DNA of 64,000 bases from Dendrobates tinctorius (lineage: Eukaryota), in contig NW_027361825.1 in the NCBI RefSeq assembly GCF_039654945.1, positions 42,470,001-42,534,000 of the forward strand. The letters run 5' to 3'. The notes beneath the pieces are model-generated. The model searched no databases. It had not been told where the DNA came from and saw only the letters and a list, made by a program, of their open reading frames with translations. Position numbers and translations under genes: made by a program. Below, piece after piece: positions 55,081 through 64,000 of this stretch (within the stretch, counting starts at the first letter, position 1; every line of letters starts with the position of its first letter).

Positions 55081-57856
55081 GTGTGCCAAAGGGGAATCTA
55101 CGAAAGTGCAAGCCGTTTTCGCCCAATGGAATCTGCACTCAAGAAAGCAGAGATGGAAGCTGAATCTGCACGCAAGAAAGCAGAGATGGAAGCTGAATCT
55201 GCACGCAAGAAAGCAGAGATGAAAGCTGAATCTGCACGCAAGAAAGCAGAGATGAAAGCTGAATCTGCACGTGAGAGGGAGGAAATAGAAGCCCTGCAGA
55301 AGGAATGTGAACATGCAGCAGCCAGGGCAAAGCTAAAGGTCTTCCAGCAGGCCCTAGGTGGGAGCAGTGGAGGCAGCCTTAATTTGCGAATTCGACATGG
55401 AAGACTCACTTAAGCGCACAAGAGACTACGTGCTGATCCAAGCCAGTGAACCCCTGACCACCAACAACATTCCCATCAGTACCGACCCCTCTCCAAAGCA
55501 TCAAGATGTCAATCCGCCTGCAGCTCCGAGCTTTCAAGGTCAGTTAAATGTGCCACAAACATTCAAACCTGAACCTCCTTCATGCTTCAATACACAGCCA
55601 GATCCTACACCCCAGCAAAGCGATACAGCTCCAGTCACATCTATGGCAGAAACTATTCTCAGTAAACCAGTTACTGCACTAAATGCTTATGCCGCACCAT
55701 ACTATCCTACGTTTCTAAGTCAAGACACTACAGACCATATGAACAGCGCTACTCAGCCAGCAATTGTCTTCCCAAGGTCAGAGAAAACTGACATGTCTGA
55801 CTTTGCAAGGTACATGGTTCGTCGTGAACTTACTAAGACCGGTATCACAAGGTTCGATGATCAACGAGAGAAATATAGAGGTTGGAAATATGCCTTTAAA
55901 GCCACAATTAATGACCTTGGCCTCACTGCTGCTGAAGAGCTGGATCTGCTAGTCAGGTGGCTCAGACCTCAATCCACAGAGTGGGTCAAGAGGCTTAGAT
56001 CAGTCCACATCAGTAATCCAGCAGCTGGTCTCATGGCTGCATGGGAAAGACTAGAACGTAGCTTTGGCAGTCCCGAAACTATAGAGAATGCATTGTTCCA
56101 GCGACAACAGGATTTCCCCAAAATATCCGGCAAGGACAGTTCAAAATTCCTAGAGCTTAGCGACCTGCTCTTAGAGCTCTAGTTAGCCAAGGCAGACACG
56201 CACCTACCTGGCCTCAGCTACCTGGACACCGCTCGTGGGGTAAAACCCATAGTTGCCAAGTTACCCTACAACATACAAGAAAGGTGGACCATACGAGGGT
56301 CAAACTACAAAAGACAATACCAAGTCTCTTTTCCTCCATTTTCCTATTTCTGCGACTTCATCAAGGAGATTGCAGAGTGCAAAACCAACCCCAACTTCTG
56401 CTATGAAGAACCCAGCAGCTCTACGTCATCTCCTAAGTACGAGAGTTCGTGCTCTCACAACAAGAACCGCAGCGGTCTGCTTACACTGACATCAGTGCCA
56501 GACAAAGGCAATGAAGGTGAGAAGGTAGAAAATCGCCAGTGTCCAATTCACAAACTGCCACATCCCTTGAAGAAGTGCATCGGCTTCAGGAAGAAACCCC
56601 TTCAAGAACGAAAGGAGCTCTTGAAGAAGTTTGGCGTATGCTTCAGGTGCTGCGCCTCTATCGAACATCTTGTGAAGGACTGTGTCATTGCCATCAAATG
56701 TCTACAATGCGACAGCGAAGACCACGTACAAACGTTCCATCCATCACAGCCTGACTGCGTCTACACCTTCTCCACCACAAGCCATGGCGAGGAGAGTTCA
56801 GACCAAGCGACCAGTCATGTTGCGTTATCTTCCTCATGCACCGAAGTCTGCGCAGGTCTTCGAGACAAGTCCTGCGTGAAGATTTGCCTGGCAAGAGTGT
56901 ATCCCAAGGGTCATCCAGAGAAGGCAGTGAAGGTGTACATTAGTCTGGACAACCAGAGCAACAAATCAATGGCCAGGTCAGAACTCTTTGACTTAAAAGG
57001 AGATGTCTATCCCTACACCTTGGGCACCTGCAGCGGCATTATAAAAACCTCTGGAAGAAGGGCCGGTGGCCTCATAATAACTTCTCTTGAGAAGGACGTT
57101 ATGGAGATACCACTACCCACGCTTGTTGAGTGTAACCAAATACCATTCAACAGGGAAGAGATCCCAACGCCAGAAGTCGCTCTTCAGCATCCTCATCTCA
57201 GAATGATAGCCAAAGAGATGCCACCCCTTGATGACAAAGCAGACATTCTAATTCTCCTTGACAGAGACATTATACGACTGCACAAGATGCGTCAACAAAT
57301 ACATGGACTACTCAATGAATTGTACGCACAGCGCCTTGAGCTAGGCTGGGTCATCATCGGCAACATCTGTAGCGACCAGACAAAGGATCCAAGCAACATC
57401 TCTTACAAAACCCTTATCACGTCAGATAACCACGACTTGTCCCCCCAGTCATACCCACGTCACTACTGGGTGGAGAAGTCAAGCAACACTAAGTGGCAAC
57501 ATCAACCATCTGACAATTCAAGTTTGCTTTATCCTCAAGACTTCAACCTCGAGACAACAGCACTTGATCCTTCAACCAAGGACAACTCACCACCTACAGA
57601 CGAAGACAAGGTGATCATCAGGGTCACGAGCATTAAACCCACCGAAGACTTCTGTAACAACTGGGTAGCTCCCTTGCCTTCTCTTCCAGCAAAGACTGAG
57701 TTGCCAAGGGATCCGCAGCAAGTAACTGCTAATTTCCCAACCTTTGACGCCCATCTCCATCACAAGCCTGGTCAAGCCAAAGCCTTGCTAGACTTCAGTG
57801 CTCAGAGTGAGAGCCCCTCTCTCAACAGCCTACCTCTAAAGGGCCTGTCACACTAA
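55081..57856 (+). pseudogene. BEL Gag-protease ORF with one frameshift (~55380) and one premature stop (56180-56182)
   Basis: ORFs 55358-56182 and 56495-57856 share a frame that is open across 56183-56494; 33-bp coding repeat ESARKKAEM(E/K)A x4 at ~55129-55270. Confidence 0.8.
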
Positions 57857-58235
57857 GCGATATCGCTAGCAATATCACTATAACGTCACTGGTTTTTGTG
57901 ACGTTATAGCGATATTGCAAGCGATATCGCTATGTCTGATACTTACCTACGACCGCTCCCCCGCTGGTTATCGCTGATCGCGCGAGAACGTCTTGGACCG
58001 TTTCTCGTCATCAGCTTCCTGCGGCGCTTCCTGTGGAGAGACGAGCGTGGAGCGGGGGGGGGGGGGGGGGAGGACATCAGGATCGCCTAGTGTGACAGGT
58101 AAGTAGCGACCCCCGACCCCTGCGATGTCGCTGGTGAGATCTGCCTGTGTGGCAGCTCACTAGCGACCACTTAGCGATGTACCAGCGATCCTGACCACGT
58201 CATGTCGCTGGTACATCGCTAAGTGTGACAGTACC
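57841..58235. mobile_element. Harbinger-like MITE truncating the BEL ORF
   Basis: gggcctgtcacact...agtgtgacagtacc imperfect TIRs; internal atcgct repeats. Confidence 0.65.
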
Positions 58236-59170
58236 TTTACCGATGGTGCCAGCATTCTCCCCACGCAACGCAGCCTCAGTACACTGCCGGATGTTGAACA
58301 AGTCATGTTCACTTCCCAAGCATCACCCTGTGATGAACTTGCTATTGAACGAAAACAGCATCCACGGTTCTCTAGGTTCAAAACACCCATCGCAGTTCCA
58401 GGCAGGGTACCACTGAGACAGCTTGCTACTCAGGGTTACTCTGGTGGTGTGAGTACGAGTTACACAATTATCTAAGAAGCTGATAGTTACAACGCTTGGG
58501 ATTTGCAGCCATCAGGAAGATGCAGAATAGTTGTTATGGAGTATTAGTGCAGGCACCTGCGGAAAACGTGGATGAAACGCATAAAGAAGCTGCATGTGAA
58601 CAAGGTGTTAAGTTTAAGGCTTGATGGAGCAGCACTACACAACCTTGGTAACGCAGAGTAGAGGACGCCTCTCCAATGACAGTGTCCATACCCTGGTCCG
58701 AACAGAGCCAATGACCCATCTACATCCCCTTCCACAGGGCAGCAGGAGTCAATAAAAATGTCTTGGCATCATTGGAGGACACAGGAGACAAAGAAAAAAC
58801 AAACTTTTTCTCTCACTTCCTTGGGGGACACAGGAAATCATGGGTGTACGCTGCTGCCACTAGGAGGTTGACACTATGCAAAAAAGTTAGCTCCTCCCCA
58901 GCAGTATATACCCACCCACTGGCAGAAAGCTCATCAGTTTTAGCTTAGTGTCAGTAGGAAGTGGACACGGGCTGCTTTCAGCCCTGTTTCTACCTTTAGG
59001 TTTTTTGTTTTTTTATTAGTGTCTATTTTGCAGGCTCAGCTTGTGATTCTGGGCGATGGAGTGTAACTGGTCACTCCACTCTACCCCCTTAGAGACCGGG
59101 AGCAGATTGGGAATGTGTCACTACTGTATCCTCATGTCTGCCAGGCAGGATATCATGCCTTCTACAGTAA

Positions 59171-59550
59171 GGGTATGTGCACACACTGCAGATTTGCTGC
59201 GGATCCACAGCGAATTCTCGGCACGTGTTTGCTGCAGATCCGCAAGTGTGGCCAACCACTGTAATTCAATAGGGAAAATGAAAAAAAAAAAAAAAAAAAA
59301 GCTCTGCACATGCTGCGGAAAATTCTACATGGAATCAGCAGCAGTTTATTTTCCGCAGCATGTCAATTATTTTTGCGGATCCGCATGCGTTTTTAACCAA
59401 TTGAATTATTGAAAACTGCAGAGCTAAAAACAAATGCCAATCCGCAAAGAATCTGCACAAAATCTGCAAAAAAGCACGGATTTTTACCTGCATTTTCTGC
59501 CAAGAGATGCATATTCCGTGCACTCAAATCTGCAACGTGTGCACATACCC
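59171..59550. mobile_element. Harbinger-like MITE
   Basis: Perfect 14-bp TIR gggtatgtgcacac; TAA/TAG flanks; a related partial copy starts at ~54644. Confidence 0.8.
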
Positions 59551-60479
59551 TAGCACATCAAGAGGGTTTGGGGCATCCGCAAGCAGGAAGATGCAGACTG
59601 GTCCTTGCCACTACACCCTAGCCTGCTCGCCCTCCAGAGCCAGACGTGCAGGGTGGGAAGATGGTATCCATACCTTACAGCCACCCGACATACTGTCCTG
59701 GGATCAGGTACCCTCCAGCCACCCGTCCCTCCGGGACATCTGATGACAGTCTTCATTATTGTGCTGCGAAGATGGATTCTGGGGCCTTCAGGACAGGTAT
59801 CTCAATGTCATTCCTTCCAGGAGAGCTGCCCCTCCCAATCGTCCAGAGCTTGTGACTCAGCAGCTTAAGGCTATGTGCCCACGTATGCAGAAAATTTCTG
59901 CTTCAAAACCGGACTCCTTCACAGAAAACGCGCGTTTTATTTCCCGAAAAAACACGTGTTTTTTTTGCGCGTCTTCTGACTCATAGAAAATAGCTAAAAA
60001 TGCTGACTTTTCTGCAAGATTAATGAGCATGCTGCGTTTACCGCTAAGCGTTTTTTTGTGCAGAAAAAAAAAACAAAAAAAAAAACCATCAAATGTGCAC
60101 AAAAAGTGCGGAATTCATTTAAAATGAATTGGATGCTTCTATGCGTTTTTGAAGCGTTTTGACCGGGACAAAAGCTTCAAAAACGCTTACGTTGGCACAC
60201 GCACCTGTGTCTCTAATGTTACATATAAAAAAAAAAAAAAGAGCTCATGACTACAGGACACACTTATTTTAGACAGACATGGTTGTCCTTTGTCTATGTA
60301 CACAATATCTTATAGTCCTTCCCGTTGTAGTTCCTGCAGAGTCTGTATATTTCGGTTAGGTGTTCAGACCTTAACCGCAGCAATGAAGTTTTTTTCCCCT
60401 TCTGCCCACCAGCTTTTCCATCCTTGGGGAATTAGACTTTAGGTGCTATAGGAATAACAGCTCTAGTGTTTGGTCCCCT

Positions 60480-61400
60480 ACCCAGTCTGATGTACCTTTT
60501 AACCACGTACCTCATGGTCGATCACAGCTGCAGTCCACATTTTCTGACCACTATCTAGTGTATCAGATGCACCATTTACCACGTACCTCCTGGTCAATTG
60601 CAGCAGCGGTACTAGTGTTCTGTCCGGCATTCAGCAAGTCAGATACACTATTTATCATGTACCACCTGGTCGATTGGAGCAGCGGCATGTGTTTTGTCCA
60701 CCATTTGGTGAGTCAGATACACCATCTACTACGTACCTAATGGTCAAATGTAGCAGTGGTCCATGTCTCATGCCCACTATCCAGTGAGTCAGACGAACCA
60801 TTTACCACGCACCATCTAGTGACTCAGATACACCACCTGTCACGTTCATAATGGTCGTTTACAGCGGTGGGCCACGTTTCCTGCCCACTATCCAGTGAGT
60901 CAAATGTACCATTTAACATGTATCTCATGTTCAGTGACAGCATCGGTCCACATTTCCTGCCCACCATCCAGTGACTCAGATGCCCCACTTATCAAGTTCC
61001 TCATGGTCATTTGCAACAGTGGTCCACATTTCCTGCCCACTATCAAGTGAGTCAGATGCACCATCTACCGCATGTCCGATCGCAGCAGCAAATGTAAGTG
61101 CACTCTCCTCTATCCGGTAGATCAGTCACACCATCTGTCATGTACCATATGACCGCTTGCAGTAGTCGTCCAAATGCTCTGCCCGCTATCCAGCGAGTCA
61201 GACTCTGTATCTACCACGTAACCATACCTTGATTACGGTTACGACCCATTTGCCAACAGGTCAGGCTCTCCATCGACCGTTAACCACATTGCTGTCCGCA
61301 ATGCAGTTCAGCTGCGCTACTCACTAGCCAGTAGTTAGACCCAACATGAATAGCAGCAGCATTTCTAATGCTCTGTCCACTATTCAGTAAGTCAGGTCTT
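60480..61400. repeat. Diverged ~75-bp tandem repeat inside the DIRS remnant
   Basis: ccactatccagtgagtcaga-like blocks at 60549, 60699, 60774, 60885, 60960 and 61037. Confidence 0.8.
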
Positions 61401-64000
61401 TTACAATGATCCATATGGCTGGTCATTGTGCAGCCCAAGGGGGGGGGGGTCCCGAGATCTCAGTTCTTTGTCCGTTTCCATACTTCTTCTTTCTTACAGA
61501 GATTGGATAGCACTTAGTCCTTATCAAGCCGTAGCCAAGAGCACGAGAGCCTCTTCAGCCTTGGATCCGTTGTCCGAACATCACGTAAATGAGTCTTCTC
61601 CAGCAAAGATTGTATCCTTTCTCAGTATTTAGAGTTGTAATCTTGTGCTTTTTTCCTCTCAGTGATTAAATTACAGTTCTCGGGGCCAGCGCTGTCTCAC
61701 CCGGACAGCCCATTTCAACTTGGGGAGTCCCTGGCTATGTCTGACCCTGCGAGTCACAGAGTCGGCACTCGTGCCAAACTGGCCATGTCAATTACTCTGC
61801 CTCTTCTGTTTCCTGTGCCAGGTATGCACTGGAGCTCCTCCTTCAAATGGAAAGACCTCTCTAATTAAGCTGCCTTTTTTGGAATTTTCTTACAAGGTAA
61901 GTGGTTACACATGTAAGGATTCTTACCCACTTCCTTACCAAGATGGTCTGAGTCGATCAAGAGCTACCAAGATACCTCAAGATATCAGTACTAATTTCCT
62001 TAAACTGGACCAGTTGTCCTCAAAGTGATTTAGAGTCCACATCAGCATTGTCCTTTTTCGCCGTTCACGCGTTTTTTTCCGGCTCTGCTCCACACTGTTA
62101 TTCCTTGGCACCTGGATTCTGAGTTCAGACCTTGCCGTGGACTCCTCTCCAAGGAGTTTGGATCTCTTTTCTCATGCTTGCACTCTGGTCACTTTTCATC
62201 TTGGCTGGGTTATCAATATCCAAAAATAGTCTCTGGTCCAATATATTGATTTTTCTGGGAATGCTGTTTGACACTGCATGATCAAGAGCTTTTTTTCTAC
62301 CCAAGGATAAACCCTTGATTCTAGCATGTTGGGCTCTCTCCGTCAGATGCACATTTGCATGAGCGTTCTAGGTAGGATGGTTGAGTCAATGGAAGAAGTT
62401 CCATCTGCCTACATTCATACTCATCCTTTTCAATATTCTTTTTCTGCCATCAAGATGGGACTGGTCGATTCACTCCCTGTATCGACTAATCATGCCCCTC
62501 GCCGAATAAATAAATCTCTAGACTAGTGGACTTAATCTCCTCTACTCAATTGCGGTAGATATTTCCCCCACCATGTAGGAAGATCGATACTACAGATACC
62601 AATCTTCTCAATTGGGAAGCATATTTTCAGAACTTAACAGTCCAGGTCTGATGGACAACCCAGTAATCATCTCTTCCTATCAACATTCTGAATTTTGGGT
62701 CCCTCCCTCTTGCTCTACTTTTCTTGCAAGGACCCCATTCTTTACCATTAGTTTCAGGTCCAAACTGACATGCCACAGCGGTGACAGATGATCCTTCAAG
62801 GAAGAACACAAAATCAATATTGTCAAAAGTGCCACGGATTCGGTTATGATCTTGGCACTGCTCATCCCAAGAGTGGAGATCTGGGCCGCCGATTTTCTCA
62901 GCTGAAAGGGTTCCGCCGCCGGCAAGTGGTCCCTGAACCTTTCAGTCTCCCATGACATGTGGCTCCTTTGAGGGTTTCCCGACATAAACCTGAGTCCAGT
63001 CTAATTTACAAGATTCTTCATGTGATCTCCAAATCACACGACATGCTAGCAATCGGCACTGACGCTTTGGTAATTCCTTGGTCTCGCTTCTCCCCCCCAC
63101 CCCGTACTTGTTACCTACCTTAACACTGATCTCTAGGGTGGTCCAGAGGATCAAGACTGAGGGAGTGCCCATTATTCTCATCACCCCAGAAGACTTAAGT
63201 ACGCAGAAGTAAACAACTTCCTCACAGGCACTCCGTAGAGACTCCACAATCTTCTCTCACAGGGTTCTGTGTTTCACCAGAATTCTCCGTCACTCTATTT
63301 AACAGCATGACTAAGACCATGTTTCTGAAAATCAGCCGATTTCTCTAATCAGGTTATCCAGACCATGTTCAGAACTATGAAGCATTTCTTTTCTCGTATT
63401 TCCCATCGTTCGTGGAAAATCTTTCCGCTGGCGTGTAACTAATCAGACCTCCCCAAGGGTCTTTCACCTGTTTCCATTTTGTCCTTCTTACATTTGAGTC
63501 TGAGATCTGGCCTCTAAATCAGTTTTCTCAAGAGACAGGCGTTTGCTTTTTCCATCCATTTTCGAAAGATTATGTCTTGCCTGCAGATCAAGACCTTTCT
63601 GCAGGGAGTTGGGCACTTTGTTTCCCCCTACCGGCCTCCAGTAACACCTTGGGATCTCAATTTAGTACTCAGTGTCCTTCAAGAATTAACATTCAAACCT
63701 CTACGAGACACCTTTCACTCCTTTCCTGGAAGGTTGCCTTCCCGGTCGCCATTTCTTCTATCAGATGAGTTTCCAAACTCACAGATCTCTTATTCCTCCT
63801 TATCTTAGGGTGTCACTAGGACAAGGTAGGGTTACATCCGATACGATCCTCTCTCCCTAAGGTGGTTTTTTGTATTTCTCCCCAGTGAGGATACTGTTTT
63901 TTTCTTCCTTTTGACCATTTTTGCTCCCTTTCTTTATGAAGTATGGTCTCTAAACAAACTGGACCTGGTAGAGTTCTCTGTAGCTACCTTCCCAGGACAG

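Larger units (their letters stand above)
54850..58801 (+). mobile_element. BEL/Pao LTR retrotransposon remnant (gag + protease, no RT), probable LTR end near 58801
   Basis: Gag core (FDDQREKYRGWK..F, LERSFGSPE), triple Cys-His cluster (CPIH..H....C, CFRCC...H...DC, CLQC....H....H), protease LDNQS and LGWVIIG; AATAAA at 58751 followed by ...aaaca. Confidence 0.85.
58805..64000 (+). mobile_element. Old degenerate DIRS-type element running off the right edge
   Basis: Left end tttttctctcacttccttgggggacacagg; RNase H remnant TTD..L..W.A (~62590); methyltransferase-like DALVIPW (~63061); YR remnant FLQGV..PPVTPWDLNLVLSVLQ (63572-63808). Confidence 0.75.

Overview
Vertebrate genomic DNA, most likely from a frog (inferred from the repeat families), and very rich in transposons. 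Three host genes are supported by protein motifs and splice sites. POLR2I/RPB9 (+ strand, 6 exons, 5279-16093, 125 aa) lies tail-to-tail with OVOL3 (- strand, 4 coding exons, 38324-16195, 224 aa, SNAG motif plus 4 zinc fingers). A 12-finger C2H2 zinc-finger gene without a KRAB domain lies at 44103-45590 (- strand). Mobile elements: the 5' half of a Tf1/sushi-type Gypsy element with an open gag-pol frame plus two related solo LTRs, a CR1 LINE, three Tc1 elements (one with an intact DD34E transposase), two DIRS elements, a BEL/Pao gag-protease remnant, large non-autonomous piggyBac-like elements, hAT and Harbinger MITEs, a V-SINE and a nested Helentron-like element. There are also several minisatellites. 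Best leads: (1) a candidate unannotated 5-exon gene for a small single-pass membrane protein nested in OVOL3 intron 1, with one micro-exon bracketed by a perfect 33-bp inverted repeat; (2) a tRNA-independent self-priming signature in the Gypsy element; (3) crossing poly(A) signals of POLR2I and OVOL3. No rRNA, tRNA gene or CRISPR array was seen. All calls were made by eye, without database searches.
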